Part shown: positions 12,921-27,822 of the stretch, piece after piece
How the letters are laid out: each line of letters starts with the position of its first letter
How positions within the stretch are numbered: the stretch's first letter is position 1
Origin: the human T2T-CHM13v2.0 reference genome, Homo sapiens
Length of the DNA: 64,000 nt
Direction: 5' to 3'
Assembly: GCA_009914755.4 (NCBI GenBank)
Contig: CP068257.2
Coordinates: 21,728,001 to 21,792,000, forward strand
Program-made: the position numbers and the translations under genes
Notes under the pieces: generated by a model
Database searches by the model: none
Seen by the model: only the letters and a program-made list of their open reading frames with translations
Told to the model about the DNA's origin: nothing

Positions 12921-14886
12921 CTTAATGTGTAATGATATAAAACCTTCCATTTAAGGTCAGTTAATTTTTAACAAGGGTATCAAAGCATTTTGGTAGGGAA
13001 AAAAAGTATCTTTTCAAAAAATTGTGCTGTGAAAACTGGGTATCACATGGAAAAGAATAAAGTTGTAATCCTATCTCAAATCATATATAAATTTAACTCT
13101 CAATATTTCAAAGAATTAAATCTAAGGGTGAAAACACTAAATCTTTTACAAGACATGTAGCAGTAAGTGTTTACATCTTTAGTTAGGCAATTGCTACTTA
13201 GATGAGACATAAAAGGTGTACGCAGCAAAATATTTATTAAACATAATTCAATTTCTCTTAAAATATGAACAAATTACTTCACGTTCCACATTTAACTTCT
13301 GCACCATTTTGAGAAGGATTTTTTTTTTAATCCCAGGTTAGTATATCAAGATACTTAAAATTTTGCCTATGAAGAAACATGGTAAACACTTCCACAATCA
13401 AAAACAATGGAATCTTCAGCAAAAGATTAGTCTATTTAACGTAAACAAAAACTATTTTATGGGTCTAAATAAAAGAGAAATTGAAATAAAGAAAAATATT
13501 CATCTTGTAAGTATTATTAATTTTTATTTTTTATCAGTTTTTATTCTACTGAAGAATATGGATTGTCTTGTTTTAGGAAACATCTTAGGACGACTCCTTT
13601 AATCATTTTTATTTTTTAATCCTTCTCTATCAGTGAGATACCTGACTTTCAAATAGTTGTTCTGGGATTCCTCCTAACTCCCAAGTAACTCCTTAGGGAA
13701 TATCCTCAATGATCAGATGGTAAAAGGGGAGGCTATGACCAGGAAATATTCTGGGTTTTCTACCTACACTCAAATGAGAACATCTGTCCTTTATCAGCTT
13801 CGAAAATATTTGAAAACATGTAGTAGCATAAAGTACTTTCATATGAATAATTTAGGATGGGATAAAATACAGACGGCAAGTTTTTCAGCTTCGTGAATCA
13901 GGAAACCATAACATGAGTATACATCTTTATTTTATTGTCGAAACATAGCTAATGTTGTCTACTTTTGTTTGTTTGTAATTTGATTCTTTACCAGACTAGA
14001 TCTTTTTCCTCTCAGTTATAAGGAGGCTTCATGTGCATACATCTCTGGATCTGCAAGAACAGAACTTTAGTGTTTGAATTCATTTTAGCAATCCTAATCT
14101 CAGATCCAACTTTCATGTTGATGCCTTTAGAAATAAATAAACTTTTCATTTCTCAAGTACAGAAGAGTCCAGTTTTCTTCATACATTGAATGTGATGGAC
14201 AATATGGGCTGAAGAGTTTGCCAGAGGAAGAAACATGTTTGGTCTCGGAATTAACATGTAAAATATTACAGAACACTCTACATTATCCATTAAATCAAAA
14301 TCATTGTGATATCATCCTGACCCAAATGGAATATTGGGAAGGTTCTGTTTCAGAACTAATTTTTCTGAGGAGTTTTATTGACTAATCGGATCATCCATTG
14401 CTTTGTTCCCTTACTGGAATGGATAAAAAGCTATAAAGCATCATTTTTCTAGGAAATTATTGGAAATGAATTGATCTATTGCTTCTAGACAAGAAAATCA
14501 TGTTAATCTAAAACAAAATGTGCTTTTCAATGGAGATGATCCAAAGAGAAATTAAGATGATTAATTCAAGGCAAGAACAAGTCTGATGGCTGATTAGACT
14601 ACTGGCTGAATGTAGTGAAAAACTTCTTGATAATCATTAAGTGATAGGAGCAACATGGACCATGTTTGATCACAGAAATATAGAAGATGGCATCAGAAGC
14701 TACAAGGATATCTACTATCCTTTGTTCATCCCAGTATCTGGCTTAGTTTATCAAGATTTTGTACAAATGTTCTGTTAGAGTACCTACTTAAACACTTATA
14801 AAATGGCAAGAGTCATCACTAGCAGCTAGAATCTAGATAGCTTTATTTGATAATTTATTTATAAGGATTTAAGAATCAGTTCATTC

Positions 14887-15196
<310 letters not shown>

Positions 15197-16639
15197 CTAA
15201 ACTTTGTACTGACAAATTGGAATGATTCTCAAACCAAGTACCAGGAAACTGAGACGACATAAAATTTTTCTAGAAAGTGAAAGTTACTGCTGAGTCTAAA
15301 ATTTCACCTACTCCAATTCTGAACTTATATGCCAGCCACAGTTTCCAGTTATTTCTACATCGAATTGGATATTTTTTTTTACTCTCAGTGACTTCAGAAC
15401 AGAAGACTTCTTATGATTCATCACATAGGTTAATATATGTTAGCATTGTTTCATCTGACCATATCATGCATCAATTAAAACAGTAGGCAATATTACATAC
15501 TGAACGATTTAAATGATAGTCATTTTTTAAGTTTTATGCTTTTGTTTCTATGTTGGATATTTTCCTTTTGTATTATAATTTTTTTCCCAGTTAGAAACAA
15601 TGGTTTTAACTTTTATTTTTAAAAATTCAAATTTTCAATCAATAGTAGGTAAATTCCAGTTGAAAAATCAAACAATGCCTAAACTTTATTTCATGTATAT
15701 TCCTAATAGAATATTAAGTATAGATAATTAGTGAATAGGAGCTGTGGTATTAACGTGGACACAACTAGGCTGTTGAGATCCTGCCTGTTATTTATTTGTA
15801 AATAAACAATTAAAACCTGCTAGTACTGTCGAAAATTTTCCATTTTTTTCCCCCTTGGTCATGGGACAAACTACATTCATGAGTTTGGTGATGTGACTTC
15901 TCAAATGAAAGCTGGTTAAAAAAAGTTTATTTCAAATGAGAATTTTCTACTAAATACGCTGATGGAACAATGGAAGTAAAGCACATTCTCACACAGAGAG
16001 ATGGAAACTGCTCCATAACTTGTAATGAGAACTGTGTGGGTGCTGCTAATTGAATTTGAGCCATGGGAACTTTTGTCTGACATTGAAAAGAATCTGAAAT
16101 TAAACAGGAGAATAAAAATTTGTCTAAGCAAATTTTGGCAACTATTTCAGCAGCACTTATTTCTGGGCAGCATTTGTGGGTCATTCGGCAATAACATTCT
16201 CTATAGGTTTTCAATGAATTGCTCTTAGTAAATTGGATGTCAGAGATTTTATTTTGGAAAACTTCTTTATACTTCAATGATGCTTTGAACTTTTAATTTA
16301 TGACCCTAATTGTATAATAGGAGGTGGTCTAAGCAGAGTGTTGCCAGGAAAAGCTATTTCCAATAATACAGCTGAGAAGATATTCTGAAAAATCCTTCTG
16401 TTATGAAACACTACAGATTGGCTATTAAAAAATGATTTACATCATTTTAAATATATGTCCTTGATGGAAGCAAACTAAAGGGAATATTCAAAGCTAAAAA
16501 TAAAACAGCAAAATCAAGGAAGCTAATGGTCTCCAATACTAATAAATACCCTGAGAATCCAAAGACCTTAATATGTTGAAGGCAGGCTTGAGAAGATAAG
16601 GGAGAGCCTTGGATAAACACACAATGAGGAGTAGAGTCT

Positions 16640-19600
16640 AAAACTTCTACATCTATTCTGTCCAAAAAGATTTACATATTCACTGAGATAAAGAACTAGA
16701 AAAATAAAATTCACGTCTTAAAAGAAATAACAAGGAAATGTCTCTGTTTCTCCATGGTTTAAAGTGTTGGAAAAAACTCTCTCCAAAATCTCACAAGTAC
16801 AATGAGCTCCTCAGGGAGTGCTGTGGCCACTAGTTACATCATTATATACTCCCCTAATAAAAGATGCATATTTAATTCTCTACCATTAAAAACTTTAATC
16901 TACAATTTAAACTCTCTCCACATAAATTTCTATTTCCATATGCTTTCACCACTAAATTCTGCCCAAATTTGAAAAAGCAATAAACATTACAGAAACTTCT
17001 CCCAAAAACTGGGAAAAAGAAAGCTCTTCCAAACTTATTATTGTATAAGGCCTTAATACCAAAATTTAATAAGGAACAGAAAGTAAAGTGATAATCTGTT
17101 TTTTTCAGTGAACATAAAAACAAAATCCTAAACAAAAATTTTTAGAAAATCAACTCCTACAACATAAAAAACCAATAGAGAAACCAAACAAAAATGTATT
17201 ATATTGACCAGGATTTATGTAGGAGTGCAGTGGTAGATAAACTTTCAACCACATTATCAAAACAAAAAGGTAAAAAAAAAAAAATAGCATGATCTTATTA
17301 GATGCAGAAAAAAATCTAAAATCTAAAATAAAAAATGTAGCATCTGTCCATTAATATAAACCTTCTCAAACAAGAAAAGAGCAGGGATACTCTCTCAAAG
17401 ACTATTTACAGACAGAAACACAAACAATGTGAGGAGTAAATAAAACACATTAATAAAAAATATTGAATGCTTATCATTTGGGATCATAGATTAAACAAAG
17501 ATGACTGCTATAACACTTTTATTTATTATGGTACTGAAACTCAAAACCATTGCATTATATCAAGAAAATATAAGGTTAAGTAGTATTATATAAGGAGGAA
17601 ATATTCGAATTTTGATGGAAAAAAATAAACTTTTATTTTTCAAAATAATTTGATTACCTGCATAGAACACAAAAGGTTTTCTGAAAAACAGCAATACAAA
17701 TAAACAAGGTATCTAAACTCAATTTGCTTAGTTTAGGCCTGAAAAAAGAACCTCAATTACATTTGTATATCTGTCAGTAAAATTAAAAAATATAATTAAA
17801 ATATATTAAAGTTAAACATGTAAACAGAAACAAGGATATTTAGATATGAATATAACAATGATATAAAATTTACCCAGAGAAAATTTTAATTCTCAATGAA
17901 GATTATTAGAAAAGATCTAGTTATGTAAAGATAATTTGCTTATGGGTGTGAAAGACCCATTACTGTAAAGGTATCAATTCTCTGTTAATTGATAAATTGA
18001 ATGCAATTTAAAAATTTTTACATGGTGATTACTTATAAAGAACATTGACAAGCTGAACCTGAAGGTTATAGAAAAGCAAAATAATAATGCTACCAAGACA
18101 CTCCTGAGGAAGAGTAAGCAGGGTGGCCTGTCATTCTAGTTATCAATCTATTATAAAAACTGCAGTGATTAAAATACTGTGTCATGAACATCATCATTTT
18201 AAAAAAGATCTAAGATAGTTATTAGTGAACCCAGAAATTCAATATTACTTAGGTTATGTGAGAAGTAGAGTGTGTTTCAAAAGCCTAATTCTAACGTTGG
18301 CATAATAAATTCATATTCCAATGCAGCAGTAAGGAGTTGATGCCACCTTTCAGCTGCTGGAACAATGTCAGTGGATGCCTGCTAAAATTCAAATCTTAAA
18401 TAAGGTCAAATGTTTCACCACATACTATCAAAATGTCAAGATTTTAATTGAAAGTTACTCATTATAGCAAGAATCTATAAGATCTCATGTTAAATAAAAT
18501 GAGAAAATCAACAGATACTAAAACTAAGATGACAGAAATATTTAAATGATCACAAAAGAAATTTAACACAGCCATTATTAACTGTTTCAACAAGCAATTA
18601 CAAATACATTTGAAACAAATGGAAAGAAAAAGAAAGTATGGCACAGAAATAGAAAGACACATAAAAAAATAGAAGATTAAAAATGTGGAAACTTTAAAAC
18701 TGAAAAATTCAGTAGACAAAATAAAAATATATGTAAGTGTACTTGTATACTGAATATTGCAATATTAAAAAAAATCTAAATAAATAGCACCACAAAGTTT
18801 ATACATTGGAAGAATTATGGTGAAGATGTAAATTCTACCCAAATTGAGAGAAATGTTCATTGCAATTCCTCTGAAAATGCCTGTAATACTTTTCCAGACA
18901 AAAGTTAGTATTGTAAAAGTTTTATTGTAAAAGTTATATAGAAATAAGAGGAAATGAAAATAGCTAAAGCAACACTATAGATAATAAAATGAGTAGACTC
19001 ACTCTAGTCAATACGAAAACTTAAATATGTAGCTACTATACTCATGACGGTATGGTTTTGAGAGGTAGAGATACAACAAAGATAAACAAAACAGAATGGA
19101 GTACCCAGAAATAACTTCCAAACAAGGACAGCCACCCGAGTTTTCATAAAGGTACAAAACAATTCCTGGAGTAAGGATGGTACTTTTAACGAAGGTGCTG
19201 AAGCCACTGGCAATTTATAAGGGAAATAAAAAACCACACCCTACATTAATATTACATAAAAATCAATCATAGACTTAAATATTAAATATGCCTTGGTTCA
19301 AGGGATAGAAAGTCACAGTAAGGATGGCAATGCCAGTGGAACCAAGCTGCTTGAGGCTCTGGACTGCATCCTACCACAAACTTGTCCAACTGACAAGCCC
19401 TTGGTGGTATTGGTACTTTTCCTGTTGGCCAAGTGGAGACTGGTGTTCTCAAACCTGGTATGCTGGTCACCTTTGCTCCGGTCAGTGTTACAACTGAAGT
19501 AAAATCTGTCGAAATGCACCATGAAGCTTTGAGTGAAGCTCTTCCTAGGGACAATGTGGGCCTCAATATCAAGAAAGTGTCTGTCAAGGATGCTCGTCCT

Positions 19601-21652
19601 GGCAACGTTGCTGGTGACAGAAAAAACGACCCACCAGTGGAAGCAGCTGGTTTCACCGCTCAGGTGCTTATCCTGAACCATCCGGGCCAGTTCAGCACTG
19701 GCTATGCCCCTGTGCTGGATTGCCACACAGCTCACATTGCATGCAACTTTGCTGAGCTGAAGGAAAAGATTGATATCTGTTCTGGTAAAAAGCTGGAAGA
19801 TGACCCTAAATTCTTGAAGTCTGGTGATGCTGCCATCGTTGATATGGTTCTTGGCGAGCACATGTGTGTTGAGAGCTTCTCAGACTATCCACCTCTGGGT
19901 CACTTTGCTGTTCATGATATGAGACAGACAGTTGCCATGGGTGTCATCAAAGCATTGGACAAGAAGGCTGCTGGAGCTGGCAAGGTCACCAAGTCTGCAC
20001 AGAAAGCTCAGAAGGATAAATGAATATTATGCGTAATACCTGCCACCCCGGTCTTAATCAGTGCTGGAAGAACAGCCTCAGAACTGTTTGTTTCAATTGG
20101 CCATTTAAGTTCAGTAGTAAAAGACTGGTTAATGATAACGATGCATCGTGAAACCTTCAGAAGGAAAGGAGAATGTTTTGTGGACCACTTTGGTTTTCTT
20201 TTTTGGGTGTGGCAGGTTTAAAGTATTAGTTTTTAAAATCAGTACTTTTTAATGGAAACAATTTGACCAAAAATTTATCACAGAATTTTGAGACCCATTA
20301 AAAAAGTTTAATGAGAAAAAATTTACTATTAGACTTTTAGGATATAACATAGGGAAAAACCTTTACAATCTACAGTTTTTTAAAAAGTTTTTATATATAA
20401 CACCAGGAACAAGATCAGTTAATAAAAAAAGATAAATTGACTTCATCAAAATTAAAATATTTTTGTGCGTGCATTATTTTGTAAAGAGAATGAAAAGACA
20501 AGCTACAGACGGAGAAAGTATTGTAAAAGCACATATCCAAAAAAGGACTTATATCTGGAATATGTAAAGAACTCTCAAAATGCAACAATAAAAAATCCAA
20601 TTACAAAATGTCCAAAGATACATAGAGGCATTTCACTGAAAACAACATTCGTATGATAAATAAGCACATCAAAAGATATCCAACATCACTAGCAATTAGG
20701 GAAATGCAAATTAAGACTACAAAGTGATATTACTACACACCTATTAGAACAGCAAAAATTTTAAAAAATTGACGTGACAATACCAAATGTTGGTGAGGAT
20801 ACAAAGAAACTGAATCCCTGATATACTGTTGGTAGAAATGTAAAATGGAACAGCCGCTTTTAGCAGTAGCTTAAAAAGTGGTTTGGAAATTTTGTAAAAA
20901 AACTAAACATATGCTTATCATATGATCCAGCAATTGCACTCCTAGCCATTTAAGCCAGGGAGCTGAAAATGTGTGTCTATGCAAATATCTCTACACAAAT
21001 ATTTATAGTACCTTTATTTATAACAGCACCAAACTGGAAACAACCAAAGTGCTCCCTTATGGACAAGTGCTTAAATAAACTTGGTACATCCATATAATAG
21101 AGTATGATTTAGCAACAAATAGTAACCGACTGCTGATGCAATCAACAGCTTGAATGAATCTTGAGGCTATCACGCTGACTGAAAACAGCTAATCTTAAAA
21201 AGGTCACATAGTATGTAAAACTTCTTACATAACCATAAAAAGTGGCCAAATCATAGAAAAGAAAAAACAAATTAGTGGTTGCTGAAAGGTAGAGTTAGGG
21301 CCTATGAGAAGATGGTGAACGGGACTGTAAAGAAATAGCACGAGGGGAATGTTCATGATAATGGGAGAGTTCTATGGCTTGACTGTGGTGATGTTTACAC
21401 CAGCCTACACGTGTGATTGCACCATGTAGAGCTACACTCATACATTGTACCAATGTTCGCTGATAGTCATTGTTGATTTTATTTTTGTGTACTTGATATG
21501 CCATCTATACATTATTTTGCTTGACTTCCAAGCAACAACGTGGTGAAATTAACACTGTGGATATAATTTATAGAAAAATAATTTAGGTTACTGCTTTTAC
21601 AATTCTATAGTTACCACTGCTATTGGACCAAAGGCCTAGTAAAAAAAAAATA
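16640..21652 (+). mobile_element. 5'-truncated L1 (L1P-like, ORF2 through 3' UTR and poly-A), interrupted at 19283-20314 by the EEF1A1 retro-pseudogene
   Basis: ORF2 reverse-transcriptase motifs appear near 17270: atgatcttattagatgcagaaaaa. The ORF2 C-terminus and 3' UTR follow after 20330: ...agcaattagggaaatgcaaattaagactacaa...ggttgctgaaaggtagagttagggcctatgag...tacattgtaccaatgttcgctgatagtcattgttgattttatttttgtgtacttgatatgcc. The element ends in aaaaaaaaaa at ~21641-21650. The 5' boundary is uncertain. Confidence 0.65.
19283..20314 (+). pseudogene. EEF1A1: EEF1A1 processed pseudogene (5' truncated, with the 3' UTR and a short A-tail)
   Basis: The provided ORF 19433-20023 translates to ...[32 protein letters not shown]...[17 protein letters not shown]...[14 protein letters not shown]...[27 protein letters not shown], which is the eEF1A C-terminal half. 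The upstream frame, ...[21 protein letters not shown]..., continues the homology but carries a deletion of about 40 bp. The downstream sequence tgaatattatgcgtaatacctgccaccccggtcttaatcagtgctggaagaac...gacccattaaaaaagtttaatgagaaaaaa matches the EEF1A1 3' UTR up to its proximal poly-A site. The copy is intronless. Confidence 0.9.
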
Positions 21653-24437
21653 AGGTGAAGTATACAGCTATGAAATATGAAGAACCTCCTTACCTGGTAG
21701 GAGGTGGGCTGTTGATTGCTGACATGGTCTTCTACAAGTCTAATGTAACTTAAGGCAGTAGCTCCTTCACTGATTGCCATTCTTTACTGTCTGAACTAAT
21801 TCTATTCAAATGCGGGCAGGTTTGTATAACAATGGCAACAGAAATCCAGATAAAGTCACGTGTTGTCTTTTCTGTTTTATGTCTTCCTTTGCACTGCTTT
21901 TTGGCTAATAAAGCTATAAACCAAATGAGAGTAACCTTGAAATATGTCTTCATCATCCACGCCAGTTTTTACCTTTGGAATCCAGTCCATTATTAATACA
22001 ATTCTTATGCTCATTAAATACGGTTACTTTGTACCTAGAATATTCTGGAATATCTCCCTTTAGACCATGAATCTGTGGTTTTGAGAATTAATTTAAAACA
22101 TTTTCAAAAACCTTTGAATCTGTAAAAGAACAATTTTCAAATTGGAAGGTGCATGAGGTAGCAGAAAGATTGAGGAGCAGAGATCATCAGAATTCTTCAT
22201 TCCAAGCCTCCTTCAGTGATTTGCTATTTGACCTCAGGCAATTTACTTATTTACACGGAGTTATCATTTTTCTAAATCAATAACTGGCATTTGGAAATTA
22301 TACCTAATTATCTTAAAGAGAGTTTTTTTCCACAATAAAAAGACACATTGAAAACTTTAAAAAGAGTAATAATTAGCACAGGTTAAATCAAGGGAAGGTT
22401 TGCTGTCATTTGTCTGATATTGAAACAGCAGGAGATAAAAAGTGGGTGTCAAAATACAAAGAAAAAATTAAGACCAATAATTTTGAGTTATCTTTTCAAA
22501 TTTGGTTAATTCAAAAGGAAGAATTACAATGGTATCTTGATTATTTTGTGAATTTTACAAACAAGTTCAACTTGCTCCCATATCAGTTGCTATTTATGGT
22601 GCAAAACAAAAGTGTGAAATGTTATTTTGCAGGTGAAGGACGGAGCACTTTAGTGTGGCTCCATGACATTGTATTCTTATTGCCGAAAGCCTTCATGAGA
22701 ATTTGATGATGTTAAATTGTTACCTTCTTACTCTAGCTATTGACTTGAATTGATATTTGATCTCTTTATAAAGAAGAAAATAAAGTATAACTTTAAAATC
22801 GTATTTTGTTTTGAAATCTAACACACTCCTTGAAATCTAACACACTCACACAACAGAAATGGATTCATGAGTGACATACATTATTCAGCTATCAAACAAT
22901 CACCAACAGTCACCTCAAGATAAGCTTAATAGGTCATTGCAGTTACCTTTATAATATTAGAAACATTTAGTAAAGAATATTAACTAGGTGACCCAAAATA
23001 TACTGTCTTTTTTGGTTTCTTCTGCAATATATGACTAATTCATTGTAATGTTATCTTACCATGGCAATAATTTTTTATGCATGCCCCTTAGTCATATTCC
23101 TGATACTGTTTAAAATTAATAATTTTCTTTCTTGTCTATAGAATATTCAGTTTTTCATTGTTCACTTAAAATTTAATTTTTTTTCTCCAGAACAACAGAA
23201 AACCTATTTTGGGAAAATAGATATTTCTTATTGTATTTGATTTAGCTTCAGAATTAAATAATATGTTATAATCAAAGTGATTTCGAAGGCTAAGGAGGTA
23301 TTATGGAAAGTGCTCTGGAAAGCTTACTAGAAACAAATGTTCTCAATGAACTAAAGATGAAGAGGATGGATGATCCCATAGCAGCACACTGTGATAATTT
23401 TTAACTGACTTTGTGAGTAATCTATTCTGAACCACACATAAAAGAAAAGAATAAAGCATTTTGTTCCCTACTTTTGTCATTCCTCGGTTAATGTTTTTTA
23501 CAGAGAGAAAATGCAAATCAAAGTTACCTAGGTTTTTTGTATTGCAGCTGTCTTTAAATTAATTTTTTAAAATATCTTCACACACTTACCTATAAAACTA
23601 TAGAAAAATAATAGGGTTAGATGGATAATGGGTAAATGAGATAATTATAAATTATCTTTAATAATGAACCAATACTGCCATCTATCGCTTCCAACACAAG
23701 TCCATTACACATTAAATTAATGTGCAATAGAATGAGGATATATGCCTTTAAGTCATTTTATATAGCTGAAATATCACAAATTTGATAGGCTAAAGTTACA
23801 CTTCAGAATGTATTAGGTTATATACAGCACATATTTGTTACATTACATTGATTATATTTATTATCTTTTAGGACATAGCTTCCATTTATCAGAATTTATA
23901 CCCTTTCTACAAAGTTTTATATCCTCTATATATGGTGTGAGTGTAGGGTCATACTAAGTGTCGGATGTTTGAATCCTGAGTAGAAACTATGGGTGTTGTA
24001 TATAAATGGTATTCAGCTAAAAAATTAAATAAAGCAATCTGCATATATGTAATTTATGCAACCATACTGAGAATTTCCATGCTCAGTTTTATACAAAACT
24101 TGCTGTAAGAAACGAAAGTGAAAAAAAAGTCCAAAATCCTTCTTCCAAGAAGATATTCTTTCAGCAATTCTCCAACTTGCAGTATTGCTCTGGGCTTCAT
24201 TTTGCCTCATATTTTAGTCTACCAGAAGCAAGTGATTATATGTAAAGTGAATCTGGCTTTCAGAGATCTACTTACCTGCCTGGACCCATTCATAATAAAG
24301 TCATAAATGCAAGAAAATAATTGAATGACATCCCGAATATGTTAAACAACAACAAAAGGCAATGAAACAGCAATCCAGAATTCTATACCAGCAAAAACCT
24401 TCTTTAAAAAAAGAAAGTGAATTTGAGACATTTTTGA

Positions 24438-24716
24438 AAGACATGGTGGCTCACACCTGTAGTACAAGCACTTTGGGAGGTCAAGGCAAGAGGATCATTT
24501 GAGGTCAGGAGCTCAAGATCAGCCTGGGCAACATTGGGAGACCTAATCTCTATAAATAATTTTAAAAAATAGCCAGGCATGGTAATGCACACCTGTGGTC
24601 CCACTGTTGGAGATGCTGAGGTAGGAGAATCACCTGAGCCAGGGAGTTTGAGGCTGCGGTGAGCCATGATTGCACCACTGCACTCCAGACTGGGCAACAG
24701 AGTAAGACCTCATCTC
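24438..24716 (+). mobile_element. Alu SINE (older, AluJ/S-like)
   Basis: The run catggtggctcacacctgtagtacaagcactttgggaggtcaaggcaagaggatcatttgaggtcaggagctcaagatcagcctgggcaac...gcaccactgcactccagactgggcaacagagtaagacc is followed by an A-rich tail. Confidence 0.9.
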
Positions 24717-25638
24717 AAAGACAAGAAGAAAAATAAAAAGAAACACTCAGAAGATTTACTCTACAGGAAATACTAAGGAAGGAAAATGATCCAAATTGAA
24801 ATATATTACAGCAAGAAGGATGTGCATCAGAAAGGAAAATTTTAACAGGTGACTGTTTAAGTACCAATTGTAACTATATCATGTAGGAATTTTTCCATTG
24901 GTGTTATTATGGTTTAATGTATATCCAATAAATTTCACCAGTTTTAGTTTACAGTTTCATGAGTTTTGGCAAATGAGTGCAGTCAGATAATCACCACAAT
25001 AATCAACAATATACACCAGTTCCATCATTGGAGAGATTTCTCTAAATGTCCTTTGTGGCTGTGGCCAGCCTCTTCATTAACCCAGCATTCATTGTTTCAG
25101 GCCCCAATAATTTTACAGAGACCATATAAATAAAATCACATGTTACAAAAGATTTGGGTATCACTTATTTATGCATTATGATGTTGTGTATATCAATAGT
25201 TTGTACTTTTTGTCATTTAGTAGTATTCTATTGTAAGCAAATACCATTTTTTGTTTGTTTGTTTGTTTTTATTTCTCAGTTGAGGTACATTTGTTTTGCT
25301 TCCAGTATTGGTATATTAAAAATAAATATGGTATAAATATTCTGATATAGGTTTCTTAGTAAGCTTAGTATTTTGTTTCACTTGGAGAGGTATCTAGGAG
25401 TGGGATTATAGAGTCATATCGCAAGTGTATGCTTGATGCTCTAAGAAGACTTCCAAATTACTTTTCAAAATAACTGTAACATTCTGCATATTCAGTAATA
25501 GTGCATGAGAATTTCTGAACTTTGTGTTCCTATCAACACTTCTCATTGTGAATTTGTTTGTTTAGACGTTTTAATAGGGGTCTTTTGATACATTTGTCCA
25601 GTTTTTCTTTTGGGATACCTTATGACAAATGATGTTGA

Positions 25639-25993
<355 letters not shown>

Positions 25994-26379
25994 CAGATTT
26001 TTATCCATTGTTTAAATGGGTTGTTTGTTTTCATATTGCTTGCAGGTTTTAGTTTTTGTTTTTTATTCTGGATACAGATCCTTTATATAATTTGCAAATA
26101 TTTCTTCCCAAAATGTAGTTTCCCCCTCCTTTCTCCTAACACTATATTTCAGATAACAGAAGTTTTAAATTTTTATAAAGACCAATTTATCAATTTCTTT
26201 CTCTTATAATATATGCTTTTGGTATCATGTCTAAGGAATCATTGCTTATGCCAAGGTCCCAAAGACTTTCTTGTATGCTTAATTCTACAAGATTTTAAGC
26301 TTAAAAATATTGTCTTACATTAGGTCTAAAATTGGTTTCAAGTTTTTTATAGGAAGTGAGGTATAAATGAGGTATATAT

Positions 26380-26760
26380 GGGGTATAAAAAGAGGCTGTT
26401 GTATATATGTATATATAGATTAAAACATATCTTTATATATACAAATATAAAAACATTTGTGTGTATATAAGTTGCATATAAATATATAACTATATATACA
26501 AATATGTATAATCAACATGTATTTATTATAGAATATGTTATAAATGACATATTGTATATGTTGTATATATAGTTAATATATTTATATAACTTTTATATAA
26601 TTATAATGTTATATATTTAAATAACTTTTATATAATTATATGTTATATGTTGACTTATAGTTATATATAATTATATAAATGTTAAATATGTAGCTATATG
26701 TGAATATACAACATATACAATATTTCACATATAACATATATTCTATAATAAAAATATCCC
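26380..26760. repeat. TA-rich low-complexity block ((TA)n / TATATG-like)
   Basis: About 380 bp consist almost only of atatat, tatgta and tataca words. Confidence 0.8.
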
Positions 26761-27636
26761 TTTATATATATGGTTATCCATTAGTTTCAGCACAATTTGT
26801 TGAAACATTTTGTTTTTTATGCTTAATTATTTTTGCATATTTGTTGAAAATCACTGACTATATTTAGCATTTCTATTGCTTGACTCGCTCTTCTCTTCTA
26901 CAAATTTGCATGTCCATAAATTCCTCAATATCATGCTATCTTGGTTACTGTAGTTTTGCAATCTGATAATGATTTGTCTTGAAGTCAGAAAATGTAAGAA
27001 ACCTAACTTTGTTCTTCATCTTCATCTGTGTTTCTACCTGAAATTTAAAATCAGCTTCTCCAACACTAAAAATATCCTTCTAGTACTTTTTTTGTTGGTT
27101 TTTTAGTTGCGGTGATTTTGTAGATGACATTGAGAATTGACATCTTAATAATAATGATGTCTGCTAATCAACAAACATGAAATATTTTGTTTTATAGTTT
27201 ACAACATAGACATTGCACATATGTTGGAAGATTTACACCTAAAAGTATTTTATGAGTTTTGTAGTGCAATTGTATGTGCTACTTAATTTTTGAATTTGTT
27301 CAAGCTTCTCCTCCTGAAAATGGTCTCTGTTTTTCTTTGTCTCTGTCTATGTTATTTGTCATAAAGAAGGGAACTATAAGACACAGACTTAAAACCCTTA
27401 GAAGCACGTTGCTCAAGCTGGGCCCAGAGACTGTTGAGTTTTGGATTCACATCACATAGGTGTTGGTTTAGACAAACTGTGCTGTGAGTCCCTGAGAAAC
27501 AATAGTGGATGAAGTTCCCCTTTGTCCTTTTGTATGACTTGAGAGCTTGGCTTTTGTGACCAAGTGAGAACACCCTCTCTTAGTCCCTGCCAGCAAGACG
27601 GGTTATTGTCAGCCTACATCATGTGGCCAGTCTAAG

Positions 27637-27822
27637 ATTTCTGACCCAGAAATCTTCATACAAGGTGTTGGGGAAAGGATTAGAGAGCCAGCCTTGTCTC
27701 CAAGTCCTCTATAGAGCAGGGTCATTTTTACAACCAGTGTTAGTTAATCTATGGTAGAATTTTGATTACAGAAGCAATAAACACAATCACAGAATATTTT
27801 TTCTTGTGTTGTTGTTCTAAAA
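27637..27822 (+). repeat. Copy A of a ~185-bp segment duplicated at 30575-30760 (about 95% identity)
   Basis: Both copies carry tgacccagaaatcttcatacaaggtgttg[g/c]ggaaaggattagagagccagc[c/t]ttgtctccaagtcctctatagagcagggtcatttttacaac...ggtagaa[t/c]tttgattacagaagcaataaacacaatcaca. The flanks are unrelated. Confidence 0.85.

Noticed and set aside
19313-19861. The 182-aa and 124-aa ORFs on the minus strand overlapping the EEF1A1 pseudogene
   Set aside because: They are antisense read-throughs of the eEF1A-homologous sequence. The sense strand carries the homology. No independent support exists.
22410-22706. The 98-aa ORF in unique sequence (MSDIETAGDKKWVSKYKEKIKTNNFELSFQIWL...)
   Set aside because: The ORF has no start context or exon structure. 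Its composition is low-complexity and K/N/F-rich, typical of AT-rich non-coding DNA, and I recognise no protein family. An ORF of this length is expected by chance in 64 kb of AT-rich sequence.
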